Source of the DNA: a phage
Strand: one strand, 5' to 3'
Length of the DNA stretch: 64,000 nucleotides
NCBI GenBank assembly: GCA_014913405.1
Contig: GCA_014913405.1_3931.1
Made by a program: the position numbers and the translations under genes
Notes under the pieces: model-generated
Databases searched by the model: none
Told to the model about the DNA's origin: nothing
The model's input: only the letters and a program-made list of their open reading frames with translations
Shown here: positions 8,589 to 17,879 of the stretch, piece by piece
How positions within the stretch are numbered: position 1 is the stretch's first letter
How the letters are laid out: each line of letters opens with the position of its first letter

Positions 8589-9131
8589 ATGAAATGCTTT
8601 CACGGTACTACTCAAGAAAACTTTATCAACCTGATTAATAACGGTGATAAACCATCAGGTGTATGGAATTGTTCGGATATGGACGGCAATTTTTACGTGT
8701 ACCCAGAAAATAAACTCTATGGTGATGATGAGGAAGAGATAGCATCGGAAGGTATCCAGCAAGCTCTAGGAAATGCCACTATCACGGCAGCTTTTCAGAT
8801 GAAAACTCAAAATATTGTTATCTTAGAACTTGACATTCCAGAGGATGAGCTGAATGATGATTATTCTTGTGATAACATGTCAAATATAGCAAGCTTTACA
8901 GAGTACTTTGATGTAAATTGGATTAAAAAGGTCTATACAACAGAGTTCAACGCTATGTATTCACCTTTTTGTCTCCCTTCACTGGATAACCCAAATTTAA
9001 ATTATCTTGATGAAACATTGGAGCTACTTGCTAAAAGTATCCAACAATCCGACAGTATTCAGGTTTTTTGTGACATCATGGATACACTGACAGAAAACAT
9101 TGTAGAGAGTGATTTAAAGGTCTTTTTCTAA
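8589..9131 (+). CDS. Strongly acidic small protein (D/E-rich), hypothetical; DNA-mimic candidate
   Basis: Conserved leader; roughly 35 D/E versus about 9 K/R by eye. Confidence 0.6.
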   Translation: MKCFHGTTQENFINLINNGDKPSGVWNCSDMDGNFYVYPENKLYGDDEEEIASEGIQQALGNATITAAFQMKTQNIVILELDIPEDELNDDYSCDNMSNIASFTEYFDVNWIKKVYTTEFNAMYSPFCLPSLDNPNLNYLDETLELLAKSIQQSDSIQVFCDIMDTLTENIVESDLKVFF

Positions 9132-9197
9132 AAACCTATACATTCACCTTATAAACACTGATTAACCCCTTACAGGGGCTTTTAGAGGGCTTAAATC

Positions 9198-9431
9198 ATG
9201 CTTACAACCATTTATCTCATCCTTTCCATTTGTAACGGCCATTCATGTGACTTTAAAGGGCTTGAAGAGTTTACAGGAAGTAAAGAAAATGCTATTCAAG
9301 TTTGCCAGATAGCAAGACAAGACTACCCCGCCAGTGATGATATACAATGTTACTTTAAGACAGAAGATGACGAAGGAATCTATTTCGACAGTGTCGATGG
9401 TCAATATGAAATTATCATTGAAAAAGACTAG
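9198..9431 (+). CDS. Small acidic protein, hypothetical
   Basis: ORF with RBS; D/E-rich. Confidence 0.5.
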   Translation: MLTTIYLILSICNGHSCDFKGLEEFTGSKENAIQVCQIARQDYPASDDIQCYFKTEDDEGIYFDSVDGQYEIIIEKD

Positions 9432-9462
9432 ACAAGCCTGATAAAAGTCTGTAAATTATCAA

Positions 9463-9524
9463 TCAACGGGGAGGGAATGACCTTCCCCACTAAGTAAAGT
9501 CCTTAAACTAGGAGATTCCAAAAA
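9463..9524 (+). repeat. Class A leader cassette
   Basis: Hairpin + conserved leader. Confidence 0.8.
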
Positions 9525-9773
9525 ATGTATACTAAAACTCAACTAAAAAACATGGTTAGCAATGGCTTAATGGATGAAGTCTATAAAGAGTGTAGACGCT
9601 ACGGGGAAATTAAGGATAAGACTAGTTATGAGTATACCCACACAATAGACTTTAAAACCAATGAGAAGAGGACTGACCTTGTTACTGTAGTAGTGATTGA
9701 GTATAAACGAATTATTTGGACCTTTGAGCTAGTAAAAGGTGAGTGCACAGAGATAGAATATAAAGACGCTTAA
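9525..9773 (+). CDS. Small early-type protein, hypothetical
   Basis: Conserved leader/RBS. Confidence 0.6.
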   Translation: MYTKTQLKNMVSNGLMDEVYKECRRYGEIKDKTSYEYTHTIDFKTNEKRTDLVTVVVIEYKRIIWTFELVKGECTEIEYKDA

Positions 9774-9858
9774 AGTACTTTACATGGGGCTTATTAGTCT
9801 GTATAGTAAGCCCCAGATAAAGAGCTTTACCACTCAATCCTAAACTGGAGATTCTAAA
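9773..9858 (+). repeat. Class B leader cassette
   Basis: Hairpin + conserved leader. Confidence 0.8.
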
Positions 9859-10200
9859 ATGGCTTATGTAACCGTAATTACCGATAAAGCTGGCTCATCT
9901 TGGTCAACTCAAGTAAGTGATAAGATGTCACCTATGCAGTGCCTAAAATACTTTGAACAGTGGAACAAAGGCGAGGGTGTAAGCCCCTTTCAAGTGATGC
10001 AAATCATCCATACAGATAACGAAGGGAATAAAACGACCTTGAACAGTGAATACTACGCAAGCCGTTTTGAAACGAGAAGTAAAACAATGAAGCTTTTACG
10101 TGAATCCGGCTATTCTCATATTGCCGCGCTAATCTGGGATGACCTGCTAAAAAGTCAGCGTATCAGCTATGTAAAGCCTGAAAAAATCTTTATAAGCTAA
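9859..10200 (+). CDS. Small early-type protein, hypothetical
   Basis: Conserved leader/RBS. Confidence 0.6.
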   Translation: MAYVTVITDKAGSSWSTQVSDKMSPMQCLKYFEQWNKGEGVSPFQVMQIIHTDNEGNKTTLNSEYYASRFETRSKTMKLLRESGYSHIAALIWDDLLKSQRISYVKPEKIFIS

Positions 10201-10236
10201 TCAATGACTTATAAAAAACTTTAAAAATTATCTTGA

Positions 10237-10262
10237 CAATACCCCTTGACATTGGTAACTTT
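10237..10262 (+). promoter_or_regulatory. Promoter-like element with tandem TTGACA hexamers
   Basis: TTGACAATACCCCTTGACATTGG; same tandem-hexamer architecture as 20701 and 63200. Confidence 0.4.
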
Positions 10263-10400
10263 GTTCGAGGGGGTTTATCTAAAAGGGATTCACTTAAAAG
10301 ATTCTTTATAGATAAGCTTAAAAAATTGCTTGCAATCATCTTCCAAAAACTTTATAGTTTATCTCAAGCAATAATGCTTTCCTAAACTGGAGATTCAAAA

Positions 10401-10931
10401 ATGAACAAGTTCAAAGCTATCAACTACATTCGCTCAAATAGTGTCATGTCTAAGCCTGTTAAGGATACCTACGAATTTCGTTGCAATGGGGTGCATTTTG
10501 CAACAATTACCAAATCAGAAAACGGGGCTTATTACATTCATCGCCGTAATGTTTCAACCGTGGTAGTCTCTCACTTTATGCAAGCTGTCGCGGAACTTCT
10601 CCCGCTGTTTTTAGGTCTTTACTTGGATGAGTGTAAAAACGTTCACAGCCACGTTAAAAACATTTTAAACAGTTATAAAATGGCTTATGAACGTTCTATT
10701 CATAATTTGAACAAGTTCTATAAAGCCCCTGAAAATACTGTGTCAATAGCTTATGATGTAAGCGGTGAAATGGTCAATCTCTCCAATGTAGAACAAATTG
10801 GCCTTTATGATTTACGTCCTAGCGGTTATTCTAAGACTCTCGGTGAAGGCTTATCCTTCAATATCAAGAACTTAGAAAAAATTTTAAGAGAAATTGAAAA
10901 AGATATTGACGAGACAATCAAAAATCTGTAA
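10401..10931 (+). CDS. Small early-type protein, hypothetical
   Basis: Conserved CCTAAACTGGAGATTCAAAA leader before ATG. Confidence 0.6.
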   Translation: MNKFKAINYIRSNSVMSKPVKDTYEFRCNGVHFATITKSENGAYYIHRRNVSTVVVSHFMQAVAELLPLFLGLYLDECKNVHSHVKNILNSYKMAYERSIHNLNKFYKAPENTVSIAYDVSGEMVNLSNVEQIGLYDLRPSGYSKTLGEGLSFNIKNLEKILREIEKDIDETIKNL

Positions 10932-10939
10932 ATTGTCAA

Positions 10940-10994
10940 TCAACGGGGGGGTAACCTGCCCCACTAAACAAAATCCTAAACTGGAGTTATCAAG
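10940..10994 (+). repeat. Class A leader cassette (variant hairpin GGGGGGGTAACCTGCCCC)
   Basis: Compensatory stem changes. Confidence 0.75.
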
Positions 10995-11258
10995 ATGGAA
11001 AACGTAGAATTAACCACACTATTGCAGATTGCAACTGACAAAGAAGACGTAGCGTTGTTTCACCGTATCGAAAGTGATTTGTTCAATGGTGAAATCATTA
11101 AAGAGTCTTACGAGGTTGTCGGATTCAAAGATGGTAAAGCATTTGGCTTTTTTGACCTCGACAAAAGCAAAGCGGTTACAATGTACGATGTTCTATCTTG
11201 TGAAATTCTGACAAAATACAACGAAAAAAGGCTTGCAACCTACGCCAATATGCAGTAA
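10995..11258 (+). CDS. Small early-type protein, hypothetical
   Basis: Conserved leader/RBS. Confidence 0.6.
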   Translation: MENVELTTLLQIATDKEDVALFHRIESDLFNGEIIKESYEVVGFKDGKAFGFFDLDKSKAVTMYDVLSCEILTKYNEKRLATYANMQ

Positions 11259-11266
11259 ATTACTAA

Positions 11267-11325
11267 TCAACGGGGAGGGAATGACCTTCCCACTAAACAA
11301 AGTCCTAAACTGGAGAATCTAAATT
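11267..11325 (+). repeat. Class A leader cassette
   Basis: Hairpin + conserved leader. Confidence 0.8.
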
Positions 11326-11574
11326 ATGTCAACTATCCGCGTAACTGTTAATGCTTATGGCTGCCACCAACTTGATGCAAAATTCGATATCGGTGGAACA
11401 GATAACACCTTTGACCTTATCAAAATGCTGATTCAGCAGGTGATACCAGATTATAACCCTACTGATGACTTCTGGAAAGATGCCGTAAAAGAAGCCATAA
11501 ACGAGGAATCTCACTACCATTATTGGGGTGACTTGATTGTCTCTCTGTACTACAGCAAACAAGGTTACAACTAA
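11326..11574 (+). CDS. Small early-type protein, hypothetical
   Basis: Conserved leader/RBS. Confidence 0.6.
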   Translation: MSTIRVTVNAYGCHQLDAKFDIGGTDNTFDLIKMLIQQVIPDYNPTDDFWKDAVKEAINEESHYHYWGDLIVSLYYSKQGYN

Positions 11575-11585
11575 TCGACGCAGCG

Positions 11586-11601
11586 GGGCTAAATAGCCCC
11601 A
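11586..11601 (+). terminator. Stem-loop (GGGGCTAAATAGCCCC) at end of plus-strand gene array
   Basis: Perfect 6-bp GC-rich stem; weak T-tail. Confidence 0.35.
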
Positions 11602-12059
11602 GATACCTTAAAAGCTCCTTCTCATAGGGGCTTTTTTACGTCTATAAAGAGACTCTATACAGTCCCTTTCCTTTCCTTCCTAGAATCTACCCCACTAATT
11701 CGATAGAGACTATCTCATACCTTAAAAAGCAATAACTCTATAGTCTACTCTATAACCTCTTATCAAATTAACTTAAATAAAAGCCCATAACCCGAAAGGG
11801 AAGGGCAACCACTAAAACGCTCTATAAAGCTCTATAACAGCCTTATCAACCTAACTTAAGCAATCATATTAACCCACTCTAAAAAGCCCTTTATAGAGCT
11901 TCCCAGAGCCTTAAAAGAATCTTATAAGGGTGTGAGCTTTATCATCTCGTTAGCTATCTTGTGAACTACTAAAAAGGGCTTGTTAGTGTCTTAAAAGTAT
12001 GTTATAGGGGCTATAAAGTTACTTCAAAGTTACGTAAAAGAGGCTATAAAGTTACGTAA

Positions 12060-13135
12060 ATGCTAGCCCCCTTAACATTTTCTTAACAATTTCTTAACAA
12101 TCCCTACATAGTTATGCTTTTAAGGCACTTGTTAGAGACTTGTTAGCCCCTTGTTAAATCTCTGTTAAGACCACGTAAAAGCCTTGTAAGAGTCTTTAGC
12201 ATAGCCTTTAAAGCCTCTGTAAAGCCCTATAAAGAGGTGTCTGTATAGTTGGGGTGTAATTACTAGGAAGAGACTTAAAAGAGCTTACAAGGAGCTATAG
12301 AGAGCTTTTAAGAGGGCTATTTAGAGAATCACTAAGAGGGAAAGGGAACGATAAGAAAAGAGATAGTGACCATGTTAATAGCTTGTTAAAAAGATTAAAC
12401 ACTTGTTAGGAACTTGTTAATTATCCCTACAAAATAACTCTTTAAAATTAACTTGTTAGCTCTCGTTAGTTATCTGTTAAGATTCTGTAAAGACTATTCA
12501 GCACTTGTTAGAAAACTGTTACAGCCTTGTTAGTTCTGTTAAGAATCTGTTAAGACTTTTGAAGAGTTGTTAAGAGCTTGAGAGAGTTGTTAAGAGATTG
12601 TTAAGGATATTTTAAAATTTTGCAAAGGGGATGTTACAGGGCTGTTAAGGGCTACCAAGCAGATATACATCTTCTACAGATATTTTTCAGTCCCTTCAAA
12701 GACCCTAAAAAATGACTTGATAGTCCTATTTTATAAAAATTTTAAAATTCTGAATAATTACCTAGACAGTCTTTTAAAAATACAGGTAGAAACAGGCTTA
12801 TAAGATACCTTGTTAGTACCGTGTTAGACCTTGTGAGATAAGGTCTGTAAAGATATTCCTGTTAAGTTTGTTAAAACAGTCTATATAGAGGCTTAGTAGT
12901 GCCTAGTGAACACCTATAGAGGGTAACATAGCTAACCTAGAGATTAAGAGGTGTATAGGAGCTTCTAAGAGGGTGTAGAGAGATGGTTAAGGTGATTGTA
13001 TAGGTTGTTAAGAAGGCTTGTTAGAAGAGTGTTTAGAAGGGCTATACAGAGGGGCTATTAAGACCACTAGATAGATACTAAGATACTATATAGTACTATA
13101 TAACTATATAGAGAGTAAGATTAAGAAGGTTGTTA
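12060..13135. repeat. Iteron-like array: about two dozen copies of (C/G)TTGTTA(A/G) and CTGTTAAG in an ORF-free region
   Basis: Counted by eye; irregular 8-40 bp spacing; no ORF over 60 aa spans it coherently. Confidence 0.75.
13083..13112. repeat. AT-rich tandem repeat (ACTATATA x3), candidate DNA-unwinding element
   Basis: Seen directly next to the iteron array. Confidence 0.5.
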
Positions 13136-13204
13136 AGAAGGGTAGATATTTTATTCACATATGATGGTGACCCAGCGGTTGGGACAACCGATAAATTTTA
13201 TAAA

Positions 13205-13232
13205 AATTAAAAAGCCCCCGATTAAGGAGGCT
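13205..13232 (-). terminator. Rho-independent terminator for the minus-strand block
   Basis: Minus-strand GCCTCC...GGGGGC hairpin followed by T-run. Confidence 0.5.
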
Positions 13233-13243
13233 CTTAAGATATT

Positions 13244-13867
13244 TTAAATCAGTGTTTCCAGAACTGTTTTCAATGATGACTTGGTTGTCTGATAAAAATG
13301 AGTAAATCCATTGTTATTATCGAATACCTGCATCATGATATCATCTCCCTTGATTGGGTACACTCGGATATCATAGTGAAAACCATTAAAGACACAAGAA
13401 CCACTACAGAATGCTCTAAAGTCATCTACTGAGATATACTCTTCATGACCTGTGATTTTTATACAAACGCCTTTACTCGGTCTCTTAGGGTTGATATCTT
13501 CCATCACAGACATACTCTGTCCACCAAGAGATACCATAGTGACCACTTTACGGTTCTTCTGTTTAAAGTACATCTTAACTTTCTGCAAAGTGTCTTCATA
13601 GAATGGATAAGACCTTTCTACAAAGATTCCTTCAAGTGGCTCTTTACCATTTTCAACTTCTCGGTTATGCCGTACTGCAAAGATAATTTGTTCGAACCAG
13701 TCAAGATTTTCTTCGGAGAGTGCTTCCCGAACATCCTTCCAGTCAAGTACTAAGTAGTTACCTTCAACTTCTTTTAAGTTATCTTTTTCCATATCTATCA
13801 CACCATTATCGTAAAACTTGATATTCTGGTACTGCGAATTTATTACTATTGTTCTTGATGAGGTCAT
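13244..13867 (-). CDS. Hypothetical protein (start may be an internal Met; overlaps upstream gene)
   Basis: ORF 207 aa. Confidence 0.5.
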   Translation of the reverse strand: MTSSRTIVINSQYQNIKFYDNGVIDMEKDNLKEVEGNYLVLDWKDVREALSEENLDWFEQIIFAVRHNREVENGKEPLEGIFVERSYPFYEDTLQKVKMYFKQKNRKVVTMVSLGGQSMSVMEDINPKRPSKGVCIKITGHEEYISVDDFRAFCSGSCVFNGFHYDIRVYPIKGDDIMMQVFDNNNGFTHFYQTTKSSLKTVLETLI

Positions 13868-14270
13868 CTTCTGAAACTAAAAATGTAATCCCACATAAGT
13901 GTCTGTAACGACTATCATACTCGAATATCTTAAACAGATATTTACCATCATGATAAACCTGTTGCACTTCACCTTCTGCAACAATCTCGCCTGTAATAAA
14001 ATTTTTTAGTTTATACACATTACCAACTTTAGGTACTGTTTTCATCTCAGGCTCTTTTAGTGCTACACCTATTTTTGCATCACCGAGTAAATGAGAACTC
14101 TCAAAAGCTACGTGTTTCATATAAGCTTCTGAGCATTCCCAAATAAAACAATGTACAAGAACCTTAGCAGCATGTCTTGAGCAGTTCAACTTATCACAAA
14201 TTTCTGTGTACATCTCATCTTTAGTAGAATTGTCAAGCATTGCTCTTTGCACTACTTCTTTAATTTTCAT
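13806..14270 (-). CDS. Hypothetical protein
   Basis: ORF 154 aa. Confidence 0.5.
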   Translation of the reverse strand: MKIKEVVQRAMLDNSTKDEMYTEICDKLNCSRHAAKVLVHCFIWECSEAYMKHVAFESSHLLGDAKIGVALKEPEMKTVPKVGNVYKLKNFITGEIVAEGEVQQVYHDGKYLFKIFEYDSRYRHLCGITFLVSEDDLIKNNSNKFAVPEYQVLR

Positions 14271-14673
14271 AAGCTCTCCGAATAACCCTATTAAGCATCT
14301 CTAAAGTCAGCTTTCCAGACTCTAAATGTGGCATAACAAGCTTTAAAGCTTTTTCAACATCATGCACAACATCTATTATACCTTCTTCATAGGCTTCTAC
14401 AAGGATATCTTTTACTTTTTGTGGTATTGCTAGACGCATATCAAACTCATTTGCTTGAGGGTGGTCACTACCATGCCAGTAACCATCTTTGTTAAAGCTG
14501 ATGTAGTCACCGTGGTAAAAGTGTACACCATTAGCTTTAAACTTCTCCAGCACAAGGCATTGAATTGGGTATTCAGTATTCCACTCCCTGACTCCTATAA
14601 CCTTCACTGTTGCGATGTACTCCTGTGTTTTTGCATCTACGATGTCAAGTTCTTGACCAGCTATGATTTGCAT
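14260..14673 (-). CDS. Hypothetical protein
   Basis: ORF 137 aa. Confidence 0.5.
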   Translation of the reverse strand: MQIIAGQELDIVDAKTQEYIATVKVIGVREWNTEYPIQCLVLEKFKANGVHFYHGDYISFNKDGYWHGSDHPQANEFDMRLAIPQKVKDILVEAYEEGIIDVVHDVEKALKLVMPHLESGKLTLEMLNRVIRRAYEN

Positions 14674-14726
14674 ATTCGCTACCTTCTAAGTTCTACAAAG
14701 GGGCTATCAAGTAACCCCTCAAGCTA

Positions 14727-14951
14727 CTACTCAGACTTTTCAGTCTTCTTATCGGATTTCTTACTAGTCTTCTTCTCAGCTTTCTGTTTAGGTTCCTTCT
14801 CAGAAGTTGCCTTGATAACCATATCAAGAAGCTCTGATAAGTCACTCTTCAGCAAAGTAACAGGTTGCTCATTGTAGAAGTTTTTGTCAAGATAGACTTT
14901 GAACTCTTCAATAGATGGAAATCCAAAAATTGGTACAGGTGTCTTAATCAT
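14727..14951 (-). CDS. Small protein with lysine-rich C-terminus
   Basis: ORF 74 aa. Confidence 0.4.
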   Translation of the reverse strand: MIKTPVPIFGFPSIEEFKVYLDKNFYNEQPVTLLKSDLSELLDMVIKATSEKEPKQKAEKKTSKKSDKKTEKSE

Positions 14952-15027
14952 TACTTAGTTTCTCCATAAGCATCTTTCAAGATTGCCTTGTTAATCATTT
15001 CAGCGATTGCAAAACGAACACATACAG

Positions 15028-15531
15028 CTATAATTGTAGGTTGCATTCTTTACTTACCTCTTCAAGTTTAACCTCAGAGTCCTTAAGTCGTTTCTTATGA
15101 ACTCTGAATCTTATTAGTGAGATGATGATACCAGCTAAAGGAACAGCATACAAGTACCAGATATCATGTAGCTTTGCAGTAATCTGTGTAATTGTCAAAT
15201 CTTGAGCTATGTAGCTGATTGCTGATACTGCTAGTAATGTTGCTAAGAAAAACACTAGTATCATTGCAATATTCATACAACCTCTTGCATGGTACTCATG
15301 CTTAATACACTTATTCTTTTCGTCAACAACCCTGTTGTAGTCGTTTGTAAAGTCTCTGTAGAAAGCTTTCAAGTATTCTTTATTGTAGCCTTCAAAGCAA
15401 CCTGTACCGTACCAATAATCACCACCAAAATGTGCTATGATACCAGTATCTCCGTTTGGTTTGGTTACTCTTAGAGAGACATGATGACCAGTCTTCTGGT
15501 AATCTATCTTATATCTTTCTTCGTAAATCAT
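15028..15531 (-). CDS. Membrane protein (two C-terminal TM helices)
   Basis: Hydrophobic segments ILVFFLATLLAVSAI and YAVPLAGIIISLI. Confidence 0.5.
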   Translation of the reverse strand: MIYEERYKIDYQKTGHHVSLRVTKPNGDTGIIAHFGGDYWYGTGCFEGYNKEYLKAFYRDFTNDYNRVVDEKNKCIKHEYHARGCMNIAMILVFFLATLLAVSAISYIAQDLTITQITAKLHDIWYLYAVPLAGIIISLIRFRVHKKRLKDSEVKLEEVSKECNLQL

Positions 15532-15746
15532 TTTTCAACCCCTCTCAATCTCTTGTTCCATTCAAGGTCAACAAATCTTTGCAGAACTTTTCCTCTAGGT
15601 GTTACACCTTTTAAATCTGCATCGTAACAATGGTAAAAGTCACCTTCAGCGTGTTTACCATAGCATTTTCTGATATTCTGGCTTCTGCGATACTGTTCTA
15701 ACAAGGACAGTTTGTAGTAATCTTCAACTGTAGTTAGTTTTTTCAT
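15528..15746 (-). CDS. Hypothetical small protein
   Basis: ORF, coupled. Confidence 0.4.
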   Translation of the reverse strand: MKKLTTVEDYYKLSLLEQYRRSQNIRKCYGKHAEGDFYHCYDADLKGVTPRGKVLQRFVDLEWNKRLRGVEK

Positions 15747-15830
15747 TCTTTCACCACGTATCTTCTCAAGAAACTAAAAAAGGGAACTACCTCTCGATAG
15801 CCCCCATCATAGTTAATGTTGTGTATTCGG

Positions 15831-16412
15831 TCAAGAGTATTTTTTAGGCAGTAATGCACTGCGCTTATTGCTCTCTTCACTCAATAGTGCGATAAATTCA
15901 TCACCTTTACCCTTCCACGGGCTGAATGTCGGAATGTGCTCTCTGATAGCATCAATCACTGTTTTAAGGGCGTTGTTCTTTAACCACCAATCAGATACCG
16001 CTGAAGCTACAATGTAGTAAGCACCGTCATCTGTGAAGATTGGCTCAGAGATACATGGCGAAATCATAGTGGTAATGATAGAACCATTATTCATGTAGTA
16101 TGTTCTTTTTTCAACCTTATCAAGAAGCTTATGAAGGTCTGCAAAGAGACTCACCACCTCTTTATGGTCAATATCTTTTTCAAGATTTGCTCTATATTTC
16201 AATAGTGCAGCATCGACCTCTTTGTCATTGAATTTGAAGTATTGAACTTCTTCATTCACACATACACTGATGTTGTTGGTGTTTATCGTCAATTTGCACA
16301 GTTTGACTGGAGAGTTAATGTTGGTCTGAAAAAGTGCTACACAGCCTTCTACATTCCCGAAATGTTTGACTAATGTAACTTCTGGTTGGATGTGCTCATG
16401 TTCTTCTGACAT
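15831..16412 (-). CDS. Hypothetical protein
   Basis: ORF 193 aa. Confidence 0.5.
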   Translation of the reverse strand: MSEEHEHIQPEVTLVKHFGNVEGCVALFQTNINSPVKLCKLTINTNNISVCVNEEVQYFKFNDKEVDAALLKYRANLEKDIDHKEVVSLFADLHKLLDKVEKRTYYMNNGSIITTMISPCISEPIFTDDGAYYIVASAVSDWWLKNNALKTVIDAIREHIPTFSPWKGKGDEFIALLSEESNKRSALLPKKYS

Positions 16413-16756
16413 TATAGTTTCCTCATTAAATACTTTTTAAGTTGTGTGTTAGGTTTCTCAAAAACTTCTATAGAAGATATCTTGACAGACTCACCACGCA
16501 TACCTGTATGTTTAAATATGTAATACTCTAACATCCCTATGTACTTTGCTGGTAAGTCATGTTTGACATACACTGTTACAGAATCTTCAAATTCAACAAC
16601 CTTTGTACCATCCTTGTAGTTAAACTCTCTAGGGTGGTTGTAGTTATCAATGTCATACATTAAAAAGAGTCTTTTCCGTTGCATGTCAAGCTTATTGGTT
16701 AAAGACTCTTTAATATCTGAGAAGTTTTTGTACACTGTGACATGGAGCTTACTCAT
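16412..16756 (-). CDS. Hypothetical protein
   Basis: ORF, coupled. Confidence 0.45.
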   Translation of the reverse strand: MSKLHVTVYKNFSDIKESLTNKLDMQRKRLFLMYDIDNYNHPREFNYKDGTKVVEFEDSVTVYVKHDLPAKYIGMLEYYIFKHTGMRGESVKISSIEVFEKPNTQLKKYLMRKL

Positions 16757-17042
16757 CGTTAAACTCTCTGACGAAGAAATAGTTGACTTTATTATTACCT
16801 ACCATAAGGTCAAAGCAGGTATTCTCAAAAGGTTTGTTGTAGGCATCGTATGAAGTGTACGTATCAGCTACTTGTTTAGTATTGAGCTTTTTACTTGATG
16901 GGTTTAAGAGGCCACCATACAGTTTCTTGATAGCCTCTTCTACAACAGACCAGATGATTTCGTCAGTAATTTCTTCGTACAGGTCAAGTTCACGCTCTAG
17001 TGAGAAGTCACAAATAGGGAAGATAACCTGTACTTTGCTCAT
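16749..17042 (-). CDS. Hypothetical protein
   Basis: ORF, coupled. Confidence 0.45.
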   Translation of the reverse strand: MSKVQVIFPICDFSLERELDLYEEITDEIIWSVVEEAIKKLYGGLLNPSSKKLNTKQVADTYTSYDAYNKPFENTCFDLMVGNNKVNYFFVREFNDE

Positions 17043-17437
17043 TAACGAATAACCTGTGAAACTTGAATTGCTTCAGTTACAGACAAATCACCAACTTTCT
17101 CTTCTTTGATGAAAGTAAAGGTGAGTTCAACAGGTTCTTGCTCTTCTTGCTCAACTGGAATACCGTTAAGCTCATCAAAGATTGATTGGGTAGTCCAGTC
17201 TTCTCCACCATCTGGATAGTGGATGGCATAAAGAGGAAACTCTAAATTATACCAAGCAAAAACAGGACAACCGTCTGCATCATCTCGGCATCTGTGGAGG
17301 TACGTATTTGTACCTTCAAAATGCAAATGAAGATTGCCATTCTTCTCAAAGAGAAGAGCATCTCGCAGGTCTAGTTCCTCATTTTCGCTGTAACGACTGA
17401 CATCAACTTTAACGTGGATATGACTGTTATTATTCAT
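17042..17437 (-). CDS. Hypothetical protein
   Basis: ORF, coupled. Confidence 0.45.
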   Translation of the reverse strand: MNNNSHIHVKVDVSRYSENEELDLRDALLFEKNGNLHLHFEGTNTYLHRCRDDADGCPVFAWYNLEFPLYAIHYPDGGEDWTTQSIFDELNGIPVEQEEQEPVELTFTFIKEEKVGDLSVTEAIQVSQVIR

Positions 17438-17828
17438 AAAAACCTCTCTCTGCTTGTTCGATTTTTGCTCTTAAAGTTTCGCAATGCTGTAAATGGTAGT
17501 TAGCTTCTTGTTCATGTGTTGCTAACTGCCTTTCAAGAACAGTTTTATAGTAACCTGCAAGTTGCTCTTTTGTCAATGGGTGCTCTGAAATAATATCAAG
17601 TCCACTTTCACCAAGAGGATTGAATTGTCCATGCTCATTGACATTGTAAGTCTCAAACTTGAACATACCATTGTTCACAGACTCAATAGGTGACAGTTCA
17701 ACAAGCTCTACAGTAAACCGCGTATACACCTTGTCGCCTCTTGAAACTACATTGTTTCCAATGATGCGTACAAGCGAACCATTACGAGTGTATTTAAAAG
17801 TCCCAAAATCACTAGCCCAAAGCTTCAT
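17430..17828 (-). CDS. Hypothetical protein
   Basis: ORF. Confidence 0.45.
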   Translation of the reverse strand: MKLWASDFGTFKYTRNGSLVRIIGNNVVSRGDKVYTRFTVELVELSPIESVNNGMFKFETYNVNEHGQFNPLGESGLDIISEHPLTKEQLAGYYKTVLERQLATHEQEANYHLQHCETLRAKIEQAERGFYE

Positions 17829-17844
17829 AGTTTTCTCCTTAGAA

Positions 17845-17869
17845 AATAAAAAAGGCTCCCGAAGGAGCC
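17845..17869 (-). terminator. Rho-independent terminator after lysozyme gene
   Basis: Minus-strand GGCTCC-TTCG-GGAGCC hairpin plus T-run. Confidence 0.7.
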
Positions 17870-17879
17870 TATGAAGATA

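Noticed and set aside
11575-13243. CRISPR array as an explanation for the repeat-dense non-coding region
   Set aside because: The repeats are short (7-8 nt), irregularly spaced and not separated by uniform spacers; no cas genes are present.
13445-13753. Plus-strand ORF (102 aa) within the minus-strand gene 13244-13867
   Set aside because: Antisense overlap with a longer ORF that ends at a terminator; no ribosome-binding site.
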